This document shows, piece by piece, positions 18,555 to 28,296 of a DNA stretch of 64,000 bases. Location: assembly GCA_037129835.1 (NCBI GenBank), contig JBAXUE010000003.1, positions 18,793-82,792 of the forward strand, given 5' to 3'. Every line of letters begins with the position of its first letter. Position 1 is the stretch's first letter. The notes beneath the pieces are model-generated. The model did no database searches and was not told the origin of the DNA. It saw nothing but the letters and a program-made list of their open reading frames with translations. The stretch is from a bacterium. GTDB lineage: Bacteria > Patescibacteriota > CPR2 > UBA1875 > CAIMLA01. The translations under genes and the position numbers were made by a program.

Positions 18555-20198
18555 TCATTTAATTCTCATATATACTACAAAAATATCGGTAGGATTAACC
18601 GGCTTATAATATTCCCCTAACAGGCCGTCAAGCACCTTGTCGGCATTTACGGTATATTCACCAAAACTTGCTACTTGTGATATTTTTTTTGAAGATACTA
18701 TTATTTTGGGTTTTTGTTTTAATAGATCAAGTAGGTATTCTTTTAATCGATTCTTGTCCACAAAGGCAACGGGGTCTTGATATATATATTTTGAGCAAGA
18801 CATTTTTTGAGAGGCCAGATATATGTTTACAAAATTACCAGTAACCGATATACATTGTTCGCGGCCAGAATATTGACGAACAATCTGTGCTGTTTTAATA
18901 ATGCTATTAGTATATATCTTTCTTGAATATGGGTCGTTTAATAGAATATTGTCGATCAACGGATTGGCACCGCGATTTGCGCTAATGTTGATAATTTTAT
19001 ATCCCAGAAATATGCAATTAGACAGAATACACATAAACAACGCAACAACTATAAGTGCTCGAAAAAATATGTCTCTTATCGACTGGTGCTTATTATTAAC
19101 AATATGATTAATTAACAACACTGTTGGTATAAGATAGCATGGCACAAGGATCATGCCGTAATGGGCGTATCCCGTGCCCGTAGAACCAATAAAAACAAAA
19201 GATGCGCAAAAATATACCATTAAAGAGAAAATTAGTAATCCTTCTTTTTTCGAGTTATTTTTTCTAAGAATTAAATAATATATTAGAATGCATAAGCTGC
19301 TAGTGGCCAACAAGTCTATATAGGACGTTATCGCCATTATTCTGTTGCCTGGCATAAGCTGTGTGTATTTTAAGTTAAACAGAATATATGCCAGGTAAAA
19401 ATCATTCAAGGCCTTATTTACAAACAGATAGATCGCTATCGGCACAGAAACGAACAAAGTACCACAAATAAAATATAGTATGTAACCAGTTGCTATTTTA
19501 AATTTTTTCCTAAATATGACTGCGAAAAACAAAATGGGGCAATATGATAACCATATTGCTATCATATTTGGTCTGAGAAACAAAACAGCGGCGGCACAAG
19601 ATCCAAGAATCATTAACTGCTTTTTGTTCAAATTCTTTTCTTTCCAAATGCTGCTGGTAAATATATATAAGGAAATAAAGATAAAGGGGAGTGCGTATTC
19701 TTCTACGAGATTGCCGCTAGAAAAATATACAGCAACGGTACTAATAGAAATAACTGTTGATAAAAATGCTACAAGAGGTTTAGAAAAAATCTTAGCTGTT
19801 TTATAGGCGAAATAGATGGCGACACAGATACTTAAAAGCTCAAATATCCACAACAACCAAGTACCGCCTGGAAGAGTTCCAAGAAAATTAATTAAATACA
19901 GAACTGGTCCCTTGTGATCAAAGACCTCTTTATAGGGAATAAATCCTCTATTTATCGCCCTACCCATATAGATAAATACACTTGAGTCTGTACCCGGTAG
20001 TGCTCTTGATATCGGGCTTAGCGTACCTTGAGAAACCAACAATAAGCCAACTATAAATAAGGATAAATAATATGCGGTTTCAATTTTAAGTAGCCTGTTG
20101 GTAAAAATTTTAACAACGCCTTTTCCCACCTCAATCTTTATTTTCTCTTTGTGGGCGAACAATGACTGCCCTGTCTCTTCCAGTTCCGCTTGACTCAC
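18555..20198 (-). CDS. Polytopic membrane protein, putative GT-C (candidate galactofuranosyl/rhamnosyl transferase or polymerase); true start probably downstream of the track start
   Basis: 547 aa with >10 TM helices; the 5' end overlaps jag by 68 nt, so the real start is likely internal. Confidence 0.35.
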   Translation of the reverse strand: MSQAELEETGQSLFAHKEKIKIEVGKGVVKIFTNRLLKIETAYYLSLFIVGLLLVSQGTLSPISRALPGTDSSVFIYMGRAINRGFIPYKEVFDHKGPVLYLINFLGTLPGGTWLLWIFELLSICVAIYFAYKTAKIFSKPLVAFLSTVISISTVAVYFSSGNLVEEYALPFIFISLYIFTSSIWKEKNLNKKQLMILGSCAAAVLFLRPNMIAIWLSYCPILFFAVIFRKKFKIATGYILYFICGTLFVSVPIAIYLFVNKALNDFYLAYILFNLKYTQLMPGNRIMAITSYIDLLATSSLCILIYYLILRKNNSKKEGLLIFSLMVYFCASFVFIGSTGTGYAHYGMILVPCYLIPTVLLINHIVNNKHQSIRDIFFRALIVVALFMCILSNCIFLGYKIINISANRGANPLIDNILLNDPYSRKIYTNSIIKTAQIVRQYSGREQCISVTGNFVNIYLASQKMSCSKYIYQDPVAFVDKNRLKEYLLDLLKQKPKIIVSSKKISQVASFGEYTVNADKVLDGLLGEYYKPVNPTDIFVVYMRIK

Positions 20199-20601
20199 TT
20201 ATTAACCCGTTTTTTGAGACCTCTTCATGAACAATCCGTCTCTCATATGAATTAAGCCCCGTTATTCTTTCTGGGAATCCGCTCGCCGTAGTTTTCTCAA
20301 TGGCTTTTTGGGCAATTTCTACAATCCTTCGATCTTTGTTTTTTAAATATTCGCCCGAGTCAATTCGCACTGAGATGTCCTTGTCGAGCTGGTGGCGAAT
20401 AATTATCCCGAGAATGTAATTTAAGTCTGAGAGCGTTTCTCCATGATAACCGATAATTATCGCCGAATCTTTACCAACTAGATTTATTCTGAGGCCACTT
20501 GTATTCGCACTAACCTCTGGTGTGAGATTGACCCGAAGGAGGCGTAAAAATTCTTCGGCTATCTGCTGGGCTTTCTTTATATCAGAGTTGTTTATTGACA
20601 T
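20131..20601 (-). CDS. jag: Jag/KhpB-like RNA-binding protein (KH + R3H)
   Basis: 156 aa, ...GYHGETLSDLNYIL... and a C-terminal R3H-like region; sits immediately downstream of yidC as in many bacteria. Confidence 0.7.
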   Translation of the reverse strand: MSINNSDIKKAQQIAEEFLRLLRVNLTPEVSANTSGLRINLVGKDSAIIIGYHGETLSDLNYILGIIIRHQLDKDISVRIDSGEYLKNKDRRIVEIAQKAIEKTTASGFPERITGLNSYERRIVHEEVSKNGLISESSGTGRDRAVIVRPQRENKD

Positions 20602-20632
20602 AATTTCTCCTATTCTAGAGGGCCGAAAATAT

Positions 20633-21487
20633 TTATTTTTTCTTCTTCCCTTTTAACTGCTTTTTTTCGGCTTTCTTTTCATCTGCCTCAACTTCAATAA
20701 CAGCTTCTTTGTCTAATTCTTCGACATCGCCGCGCATTACATACCACTGTTGGAAATATGACATAACGGTTGTGACGGTCCAGTATAGAGGGAGTGCGGC
20801 TGGCAAGATAAAGCCTATGTATAAGATCATTAGTGGCATCATATACATAAGAGCGGCTGTTGGCCCCGCCTGGGTACCCGGCTGTTTCGCCATTACTTGT
20901 CTGAGCTGAATAAACTGCGTACCCCCCGCAAGCAGGGTAATAATTACCTCGATATTGATTACGAGTGGTGAGAATGAAGTCATTGCCTTATTGGCAAGAT
21001 TGAATATCCCCAAGAAATAAGTATTAAAGGGCACCGAAAGTGCGCTTTTTACAAAACCAATATCCTTCATCCACGGGTAGAGATAATTCCAAATACCGGC
21101 ATTTGGGCTAAGAAGCTTAATAAAAGCCGGGTCACTAAATTTCATAATGGCATAATATAAGGCAAAGAGTAAAGGAAGCTGAACCAAAGAAGGTAGGCAA
21201 GAAGAGAACGGGTTAACTTCTTTTTCCTTATATAGCTCAAGGGTCATCTCTTGAACTTTTTTGGAATCATTCTTATATTTTTCTTGGATTTTTTTAATCT
21301 CGGGCTGCAGTTTTGTTAAGCCCTTTTGACTTCTGAGCGTTTGGGATTGAAGCGGCCAAAGGATTCCGCGGATGAGAAGCGTTACTAAAATTATGGCAAT
21401 GCCAAAATCATGAAAAGCTATCGAGCTGTAGAAAAATACTAAAATATTTACCAGGGGTTGTACTAAAATTGTATCAAATATGTTCAT
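20633..21487 (-). CDS. yidC: Membrane protein insertase YidC (short monoderm form)
   Basis: 284 aa; ...GILWPLQSQTLRSQKGLTKLQPEIKKIQEKYKND... and the 5-TM core are typical of YidC/Oxa1. Confidence 0.85.
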   Translation of the reverse strand: MNIFDTILVQPLVNILVFFYSSIAFHDFGIAIILVTLLIRGILWPLQSQTLRSQKGLTKLQPEIKKIQEKYKNDSKKVQEMTLELYKEKEVNPFSSCLPSLVQLPLLFALYYAIMKFSDPAFIKLLSPNAGIWNYLYPWMKDIGFVKSALSVPFNTYFLGIFNLANKAMTSFSPLVINIEVIITLLAGGTQFIQLRQVMAKQPGTQAGPTAALMYMMPLMILYIGFILPAALPLYWTVTTVMSYFQQWYVMRGDVEELDKEAVIEVEADEKKAEKKQLKGKKKK

Positions 21488-21671
21488 TAAATCTTCCTAT
21501 TAACATGAAACATTCTATCACGCGATGAGGGTAAACTCAACAAGCTTAATATTTCTTATCCACTACATTGGGGACAAATATAGGGGGTTGTGGAAAACTT
21601 TTTTATGTATTATAATGAGCACAGATTTTACTAATTATTGGGTCTTGGGCGGATCCAAACTGGGGTGGAAA
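21488..21671. promoter_or_regulatory. yidC-dnaA intergenic region with DnaA-box-like 9-mers (oriC part / dnaA promoter)
   Basis: TTATCCACT at about 21557 and TTTTCCACA (reverse) at about 21590, each one mismatch from TTATCCACA; coordinates +/-1. Confidence 0.45.
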
Positions 21672-23036
21672 ATGGAAAAAGAACAGATATGGAAATCGGT
21701 TCTCGGGGAGTTGGAGGTGTCTTTATCAAAGGCAAACTTTACGACTTGGTTTAAAAACACTCAGATAGTCTCCGCCGACGAAAACAGCGCCGTTGTTGGT
21801 GTCCCCAATGTCTTTACTAAAGAGTGGTTAGAGAAAAAATATCATTCACAAATACTAGAGGCCATTGGGCACGTCATACCATCTATAAAAAATATCGATT
21901 ACCGAGTTGGAACTATAAAAAAACTAGAAAAAGACATCCGTCCAGCTGTAGACATTCAGAAAATAGAAGAAAGCGTAAGTTCTTCTGAGGGGATTGAGGA
22001 CGGTTATGTTTCTGTCGGAGATCTTAACCCAAAATACACACTGGAAACCTTCGTAGTCGGAAACTCAAATAAGCTGGCTTTTGCCGCCTGTCAAAGCGTT
22101 GCTGAAAATCCAGGGACAAAATATAATCCCTTATTTATTTATGGAGGGGTTGGTCTCGGCAAAACCCACTTAATGCAGGCCGTTGGTAATGCAATACATA
22201 AAATAAATAAGAAGAAAAAAGTTGTTTATGTTACTAGTGAAAAATTTACGAACGACTTTATATCCTCTATTACTGACAAAAAAACTAACGCCTTTAAAGA
22301 CAAATATCGTAAAACAGATGTACTTATTGTTGATGATATGCAGTTTCTCGCCGGTAAGGAACAAACTCAAGAAGAGTTCTTTCACACCTTTAATGCACTA
22401 CATCAAGCTAATAAGCAGATCATAATTGCCAGTGATCGTCCTCCAAAAGCAATTCCTACCCTTGAGGAGAGGCTAAGATCTAGGTTTGAATGGGGACTTC
22501 TTGTAGATATTCAGTCTCCGGATTTAGAAACAAGGATCGCTATTTTACAGAGAAAAAGTCAATCTCGGGGCTACGTAGTTCAACTTGAGGTGCTTGATTA
22601 TATTGCCAGAAATATTCAAAATAATATTCGTGAGCTTGAGGGTGCGCTCAATAGAATCCTTGCTTATTGCGAACTTAATGGTGGTCAGCCAAGCCTAGAT
22701 GTAGCAAAAACGGTTCTGAGCAGTCTTATAAATAACAGCCGCCGAAAAGGCTTTAATTCAAAACAAATTATAGAAAAAGTTGCGAGTTTTTATGACATCT
22801 CGGTCAATGAAATAATGGGAACAAAGAGAGACAAAGAGATAGTTTTGCCTAGACAAATAGCGATGTATTTAATGCGCGAAGAATTGCAGCTTTCTTATCC
22901 TAAAATAGCAAGGGAGCTTGGTAAAAAAGACCACACTACCGCTATTCATTCTTGCGATAAAATAGAAAAAGAACTAGACCACAATGAAGTGATGAGACAT
23001 GAGATAGGGTTAATAAAGGAAAGGTTATATGGTTAG
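21672..23036 (+). CDS. dnaA: Chromosomal replication initiator DnaA
   Basis: The track ORF starts at 21525 but the conserved DnaA N-terminus MEKEQIWKSVLGELEVSLSKANFTTWF begins at the internal Met with upstream GGGGTGG; Walker A GGVGLGKTHL, box VII, C-terminal HTH. Confidence 0.9.
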   Translation: MEKEQIWKSVLGELEVSLSKANFTTWFKNTQIVSADENSAVVGVPNVFTKEWLEKKYHSQILEAIGHVIPSIKNIDYRVGTIKKLEKDIRPAVDIQKIEESVSSSEGIEDGYVSVGDLNPKYTLETFVVGNSNKLAFAACQSVAENPGTKYNPLFIYGGVGLGKTHLMQAVGNAIHKINKKKKVVYVTSEKFTNDFISSITDKKTNAFKDKYRKTDVLIVDDMQFLAGKEQTQEEFFHTFNALHQANKQIIIASDRPPKAIPTLEERLRSRFEWGLLVDIQSPDLETRIAILQRKSQSRGYVVQLEVLDYIARNIQNNIRELEGALNRILAYCELNGGQPSLDVAKTVLSSLINNSRRKGFNSKQIIEKVASFYDISVNEIMGTKRDKEIVLPRQIAMYLMREELQLSYPKIARELGKKDHTTAIHSCDKIEKELDHNEVMRHEIGLIKERLYG

Positions 23037-23285
23037 TTGTGGATAAGTATGTTTATAACTAGTTATTATCCTATTTCTTCCTTGTTTAGAAAACAAAGTT
23101 AAAAAATGGGCAAGAAAAGTTATCAGCATTGTTACCAATAGTTATACCTAGGGTTGTACGGTTTTAAAAACACATAAAATAAAGTAAAATTAAGATTAAA
23201 AAAGGTCTTTTAACAAACATACACAGGGTTTATTACTAAGATTATTAATATATATTATAAATAATTAGACAAATAAGGGGATAAG
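23037..23285. promoter_or_regulatory. dnaA-dnaN intergenic oriC candidate: perfect DnaA box plus AT-rich unwinding-like stretch
   Basis: tgtggataa at about 23038-23046 is the reverse of TTATCCACA; degenerate TTATCCTAT nearby; very AT-rich stretch ttattaatatatattataaataatt just upstream of dnaN. Confidence 0.6.
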
Positions 23286-24383
23286 ATGAAAGTATCAATT
23301 CTAAAAGAAAATTTAGCAAAAGCATTATCAATTTGCGGAAGAGTAGTTTCTACTAGAGGAAGCTTAGAGATCCTTAGTAACGTAATGATTAGCACAGAAT
23401 CAGGTAGAATAAAAATATCTGCAACAAATCTAGAAGTTGGTATAAACTATTGGGTTGGTGCAAAAGTAGAAAAAGAAGGGGCTATCACAGTTCCTGCTAG
23501 ACTTATTACAGATGTTGTTAGTTCTCTTTCTAGTGAAAAAATAATATTAGACATAGAAGATACAACACTTCATATCAATTCTGACAATGACAAACTCTCT
23601 ATAAAAGGAATTTCAATTGATGAGTTTCCTCTTATTCCTAAAATAGAAAATACTACCTTTAAAATTTCTTCTAAGGTTCTTCGCGAGGCACTAAGCCAGG
23701 TTAGTTTTGCTGCAGCTCTTGATGAGGCACGCCCCGTACTTTCCGGTGTGTATATGTTAGTAGACGGGGACAAGCTTGTTTTAGCTGCGACAGACAGTTA
23801 TAGGCTTGCCGAAAAAATAATCAAATTAGAGAAAAAAGTAGCTGATAGAATAGAAGTAATTATTCCAGCAAGAGCTCTTATAGAATTATCTAGAACGCTC
23901 TCAGATCTAGAAACGGATATAAAAGTTTGTATTACCGACAACCAAATTTTATTCGCAGCAGACGAGGTAGAGTTCACATCTAGATTAATAGAAGGAAATT
24001 TTCCAAACTATAAACAAATCATCCCCGATACTAGTGATACAAAAGCAGTTGTTTCTGTAAGCGATTTTTCCAGCGTTCTAAAAGTTGCTAGCCTTTTTGC
24101 TAGAGAAAATGCCAATAGTGTTAATATATATATTAAATCAAAAGGGAAAATAGAAATAAATGCGACATCTTCGCAGGTTGGTGATAGTTCTTCTGTTATT
24201 GATGCAGAAGTAGAAGGAAAAGATGGAGAAATCGCCTTTAACAGTAAATATATTCTTGAAGTTTTATCTAGTCTTAAAAGCGAAAAAATAGAATTTGAAA
24301 TTAGTGGTAAATTAAATCCGGGAGTAATACACCCAGAGGGAGTTAAGGACTATACTTATATTATTATGCCGCTTCGCTCTTAA
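23286..24383 (+). CDS. dnaN: DNA polymerase III beta sliding clamp
   Basis: 365 aa, MKVSILKENLAKALS..., three-domain beta-clamp length, canonical dnaA-dnaN-recF order. Confidence 0.9.
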   Translation: MKVSILKENLAKALSICGRVVSTRGSLEILSNVMISTESGRIKISATNLEVGINYWVGAKVEKEGAITVPARLITDVVSSLSSEKIILDIEDTTLHINSDNDKLSIKGISIDEFPLIPKIENTTFKISSKVLREALSQVSFAAALDEARPVLSGVYMLVDGDKLVLAATDSYRLAEKIIKLEKKVADRIEVIIPARALIELSRTLSDLETDIKVCITDNQILFAADEVEFTSRLIEGNFPNYKQIIPDTSDTKAVVSVSDFSSVLKVASLFARENANSVNIYIKSKGKIEINATSSQVGDSSSVIDAEVEGKDGEIAFNSKYILEVLSSLKSEKIEFEISGKLNPGVIHPEGVKDYTYIIMPLRS

Positions 24384-24388
24384 TATTT

Positions 24389-25471
24389 ATGGAAATCAAA
24401 AGCTTAAAACTACAAAATTGGCGAAGCCATAACACATTAAACTTTGATTTTAATGAAATTACTATTATTATAGGAGTAAATGCTTCTGGAAAAACAAACT
24501 TTTTAGAAGCTATATATTATTTAGCGACCGCAAAAAGCTTTCGTTCTAAAGATATGAATTTAATTGGCTGGGAACAAAACTTTACAAGGATAGAAGCTGT
24601 TATAAATAAAGGCAATGATAAAGAAGATATTACCGTTGTTTTGGAAAAATTACCCAATTTTAGGAAGACAGTAAAGCTAAAAGAACAAAAAGTTAGTAGT
24701 AGTAAAATACTAGGTCATCTGAATTGTGTTATTTTTACCCCAGAAGAAATAGAACTAATATATACTCTTCCTGATGCAAGAAGAAGATATATAAATCTTA
24801 TACTCAGCCAGACGAACGTCAAGTATGCATATAACCTACTTCATTATAAAAAAGTTGTAGAACAAAGGAACAACCTTTTAAAGAGACTTTCAAAAGGAAC
24901 TGGGAGTATTGGCGAGTTAGAGTTGTGGGACGGCAAGCTTGCTGAATATGCCACACCAATAATAGAGGAAAGGCTAGACTATTTAAGACAAATAAATGAC
25001 AAAATAAGTGATTATTATAAAAAACTATCAAATCAAAAAGCCTCGCTAGAAATCAAATACAAGCCTTCTGTAGAGCCCGACAAAGGCTGGGCGGGGATTA
25101 TTGAAGGATTGCTTAAAAATCGCGAGAGAGACACCGTAGTTGGCTCTACAAGCATAGGACCACACCGTGATGACTTGGGTTTTATAATGAATGGTAGGGA
25201 TATCGTCGATTTTGCATCTAGGGGAGAGTTTAGGACGGTTATGCTCGCCCTAAAACTATCAGAAATAGATTACTTCTATCAAAAAACTGGGGAGAAGCCA
25301 GTTCTTCTGCTTGACGACGTATTTAGTGAGCTAGACGAATGTCGCAGAGACCTACTATCTCAGATATTTCTAAATCAACAAACAATAGTGACCACCACTG
25401 ACCTTGACCATGTTAGTAAAAATATTTTAGAAAAAGCAAAGGTAATTAATCTAGGACAAACTTGTGGATAA
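24389..25471 (+). CDS. recF: DNA replication/repair protein RecF
   Basis: Walker A GVNASGKTNFLEAI, C-terminal LLLDDVFSELD; 360 aa. Confidence 0.85.
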   Translation: MEIKSLKLQNWRSHNTLNFDFNEITIIIGVNASGKTNFLEAIYYLATAKSFRSKDMNLIGWEQNFTRIEAVINKGNDKEDITVVLEKLPNFRKTVKLKEQKVSSSKILGHLNCVIFTPEEIELIYTLPDARRRYINLILSQTNVKYAYNLLHYKKVVEQRNNLLKRLSKGTGSIGELELWDGKLAEYATPIIEERLDYLRQINDKISDYYKKLSNQKASLEIKYKPSVEPDKGWAGIIEGLLKNRERDTVVGSTSIGPHRDDLGFIMNGRDIVDFASRGEFRTVMLALKLSEIDYFYQKTGEKPVLLLDDVFSELDECRRDLLSQIFLNQQTIVTTTDLDHVSKNILEKAKVINLGQTCG

Positions 25472-25748
25472 TAACAACCTTTTTTCTAAAAGGCTCGATC
25501 AGCTTGGAATAAAAAGACAAGTTGATGCTAGTATGATAGTGGCAATGGCCCAAAAGATTATTACCGATACTTTTGGCGAAAGAGGAACAGAAAATATTCG
25601 TGTCGTATCTTTCAACAGAGGTACCTTAAAAATAACCACAACGAGCGGTGCTTGGTCTGCAGAGTGTCAGGGAATACTTCCAAAAATAAAAACACCACCC
25701 ATCGAAAGAGTAGTGTTTGTGAGTGGATATTATAACGAAGAAAATTAG
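25464..25748 (+). CDS. Small DUF721/DciA-like protein downstream of recF
   Basis: 94 aa, overlaps the recF stop; position and size match the DUF721 ORF that commonly follows recF; motif similarity is weak. Confidence 0.3.
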   Translation: MDNNNLFSKRLDQLGIKRQVDASMIVAMAQKIITDTFGERGTENIRVVSFNRGTLKITTTSGAWSAECQGILPKIKTPPIERVVFVSGYYNEEN

Positions 25749-25752
25749 CGCC

Positions 25753-26415
25753 CTAAAGATTTATATCTATTTTTTCTGTGTTGGCACCCTTGTCTTTTAG
25801 CCAAGTGATAACGTCTTCACTTGTTCCTTCGTTTGAATAAGAAACAAGAATATTGACCCTACCGTTTAGCATTAGCGAACCTTCAAAAATGGTAAATTTA
25901 TCATTTTCAACAGGTATGCTACTAATAAATTCAAAACCCTTTGTTTTACCTTCTTCAAAGGCATCTTCTTCGGACATTAATTTTTCTGTCATCGAAGTGC
26001 TGATCATCTCATTTTCTTTTAATGCCCTGGTCTTAAAAGATATGTCAGACACGCGTCCCTTTAGCGACAGAAAATCAGAATAGGGTGTTATTGTTAATGT
26101 ATATTCATTATTTGGAAGCAAGTAACCATTCTTTTCAAAACTAATAAATAATTTATTTTTACTCACCGAGGACTGCACCACTGGTTTGTAGCTTGAGTTG
26201 ATTTTGTCTTTAATTTCTACTTTTGTTAGACCCTCTTTGATGTTAGAACCATAAGTGAGGATTATCTTGGGCTCTAGCGCTACATTTTCTTGGCCTGTTA
26301 CCACAGAACTATCCTTGAGTTCGGGGGGTCTAAGAATAAAGGGTAGTGTAACTATGCCTACAAATAAAAAACCTATTAATGTAAATATTATAATCAGTCT
26401 TGTTTTTGACTCCAT
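25753..26415 (-). CDS. N-terminally anchored extracellular protein of unknown function (last gene of the T4SS/hydrolase array)
   Basis: 220 aa; single N-terminal TM (LIIIFTLIGFLFVGIVTLPFIL), rest hydrophilic and beta-rich. Confidence 0.5.
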   Translation of the reverse strand: MESKTRLIIIFTLIGFLFVGIVTLPFILRPPELKDSSVVTGQENVALEPKIILTYGSNIKEGLTKVEIKDKINSSYKPVVQSSVSKNKLFISFEKNGYLLPNNEYTLTITPYSDFLSLKGRVSDISFKTRALKENEMISTSMTEKLMSEEDAFEEGKTKGFEFISSIPVENDKFTIFEGSLMLNGRVNILVSYSNEGTSEDVITWLKDKGANTEKIDINL

Positions 26416-27023
26416 TATTCGGCCTCAAAACTATTGCCAAAACGAAGCCAGGTTCCGCGGCCATAGTTTGGATAGCTTTTAATCATCACGCAGGCACCAG
26501 CGTTGCCCTCGATGGTGTACAGTCTGGTGCCGACAATATTATAGACTATTCCAATGTGATGATCTTTCTGGATCATATCCCCAGGTTTTGGAATTTTTGT
26601 AGTGATATCGTATTTATATTTTAAGCTGTCCATCATGCCATTCGCTGCACAGGTATGAGGAAAGCTTGCACCAGCATGCCCGTATACCCACCCGGCAAAG
26701 CCTGCACACCAAGGCCAATCACTAGGAGAAAGACCACAGGCGTATTTCACATATTTTTGTGGGTCACCCTCATTTTGTTGAGATCCGGTGCCACACACCT
26801 TGGCGTCAAACTCCTTTTGGGCTTCGTCTATTATCTTTTGCCTAATCCCCGTAAGATTAGTCGGCGGCGTAAAAGCTCCTGGGATAATAGCAGTGGGAGA
26901 AAAATATGGGCAAGAAAAAAAGTCGACAGCACGAACCAGCTTGGGGTTAATTGAAATAATAACGATTAACAACAGTGTAGAAAAGATGACAGCAACCAGG
27001 TGTGTAGTTTTTTTGTTATTCAA
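26415..27023 (-). CDS. Secreted CHAP-domain peptidoglycan amidase/endopeptidase
   Basis: Signal peptide then FFSCPYFSP motif; Cys in WCAGFAGWVYGHAG and His in DHHIGIVYNIVGTRLYTIEGNAG are CHAP-like. Confidence 0.55.
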   Translation of the reverse strand: MNNKKTTHLVAVIFSTLLLIVIISINPKLVRAVDFFSCPYFSPTAIIPGAFTPPTNLTGIRQKIIDEAQKEFDAKVCGTGSQQNEGDPQKYVKYACGLSPSDWPWCAGFAGWVYGHAGASFPHTCAANGMMDSLKYKYDITTKIPKPGDMIQKDHHIGIVYNIVGTRLYTIEGNAGACVMIKSYPNYGRGTWLRFGNSFEAE

Positions 27024-27639
27024 CGGTATACTCTATCTGCAACTTGTTGTAGTCTTTGTCTGTGGCTAGTAGCCACTCTTCTGCTTCTTTGGCGTAAGTG
27101 TCTCGTTTACTAGAGTCGCCGGCCAATACTAGGGTGATTAATATATTCGGTTTTGAATCTTGATTTGCATAATTAATATCTATTCTATAATTACTTTTAT
27201 AATAAGGTAGATTGGCAAGAATGGGGTAATCCTTAACTAGCTTGTCTAATTTTTCTTGGGACTTTGTTTCCATTGCGTATTCAACATCGTATAGATCTTC
27301 TGTGGAAAGCTTGTCGTATGTAATGGTTGTCGTATCTGCATCGAGGGCGACCTCAACTGTTTGAGTCTTATTATTCGCCACATCGAAAGACGTTGTCTTA
27401 CTTATAAAAAGATCCTGAGAAAACACTATGTTATAATGGCCGGAGCTTAAATAGATTGTTTGGTCGCCAGTATATTTTTTATCTCCGATCGAATAGGAAA
27501 CCCTTTTAGGGGAAACTACAAACTTGACATTTGCACCCCCGCGCAGGGCATAGTTTACCCCAAATAAAAGAATTAAAAGCAAAGCAAAAGATCCCGCTAT
27601 AAACAAGTATAAGGTAATTTCATTTTTTGATATATTCAC
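27016..27639 (-). CDS. Membrane-anchored PEGA-domain protein (paralog of 30628..31371)
   Basis: N-terminal TM; VVSPKRVSYSIGDKKYTGDQTIYLSSGHYNIVFSQDLF is PEGA-like; C-terminal LANLPYYKSNYRIDINYANQDS is shared with 30628..31371. Confidence 0.45.
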   Translation of the reverse strand: MNISKNEITLYLFIAGSFALLLILLFGVNYALRGGANVKFVVSPKRVSYSIGDKKYTGDQTIYLSSGHYNIVFSQDLFISKTTSFDVANNKTQTVEVALDADTTTITYDKLSTEDLYDVEYAMETKSQEKLDKLVKDYPILANLPYYKSNYRIDINYANQDSKPNILITLVLAGDSSKRDTYAKEAEEWLLATDKDYNKLQIEYTVE

Positions 27640-27648
27640 TCGACCTCC

Positions 27649-28296
27649 TTATTTTAACCGAACAGCCCAAGACATATCAGAATACCACGACTTACACTTT
27701 GGTCTGTAGGCATGTTTACCGATTGATGCGCCCAAAACCCCACCAGGACACCCACAGTAGCCAGGGCCGACATAAAGCATGGCATGTGAGCCGTAGTCTA
27801 CATTAAATAGCATATCGCCTGGCTGTAGTTGTTTTGTGCTAGTTACGGGATGAATAATTTGATATTTATCAGAATGTTTATTGTAGTAGTTTTTAATAGC
27901 TTCGCCCGCTAGCGTATTTACTAGTGCGCTTGGATCTACTCCTGAATGCCTAAGAGCCGTGACCACGAAACCGTAACAGTCGGTCACTCCCTTTTCTTTT
28001 TCGTGATCGTAAAGCGAAGGATTTTTTATATATTCACAGCCTTTTGCAATAAGGGCAGTCGCACCAGCTCCAGGAGTGCCGGGCAGTCCGGGAGTGACAC
28101 CACCCGTCCCTCCGCCGCCTGTTCCGCCGCCACCCGTACCGGGGGTAACCACTGGGGATACGTAAATGGGACAATCGAGGAAGTTAATTGCCCTTGTTGT
28201 TTTGGGATAGGCAATAAAACAACAGAGAACTAAAAGAACTGCCGTGAATATTATTAAGGATTGTTTTCGTTTATTTTTCAATCTCATACCTTTCAA
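27649..28296 (-). CDS. Secreted NlpC/P60-like cell-wall endopeptidase with Gly-rich linker
   Basis: Signal peptide then INFLDCPIYVSP, linker GTGGGGTGGGGTGG, Cys in TDCYGFVVTAL and His in SHAMLYVG; C-terminal KCKSWYSDMSWAVRLK shared with 31349..32047. Confidence 0.5.
   Translation of the reverse strand: MKGMRLKNKRKQSLIIFTAVLLVLCCFIAYPKTTRAINFLDCPIYVSPVVTPGTGGGGTGGGGTGGVTPGLPGTPGAGATALIAKGCEYIKNPSLYDHEKEKGVTDCYGFVVTALRHSGVDPSALVNTLAGEAIKNYYNKHSDKYQIIHPVTSTKQLQPGDMLFNVDYGSHAMLYVGPGYCGCPGGVLGASIGKHAYRPKCKSWYSDMSWAVRLK

Noticed and set aside
21525-21671. N-terminal 49-codon extension of the dnaA track ORF, and the analogous 46-codon extension of rmlC (11527..11664)
   Set aside because: Conserved protein N-termini (MEKEQIWKS... 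for DnaA, MADIKEGKIQGV... for RmlC) start at internal Met codons with SD-like sequences. The extensions are read-through of upstream intergenic DNA.
28075-28145. Short direct repeats of ccgcc/ccacc (Gly-linker codons), considered as a possible CRISPR-like or tandem repeat
   Set aside because: They are low-complexity coding sequence for Gly/Thr linkers on the minus strand, with no spacer-repeat periodicity. There is no CRISPR array in the window.
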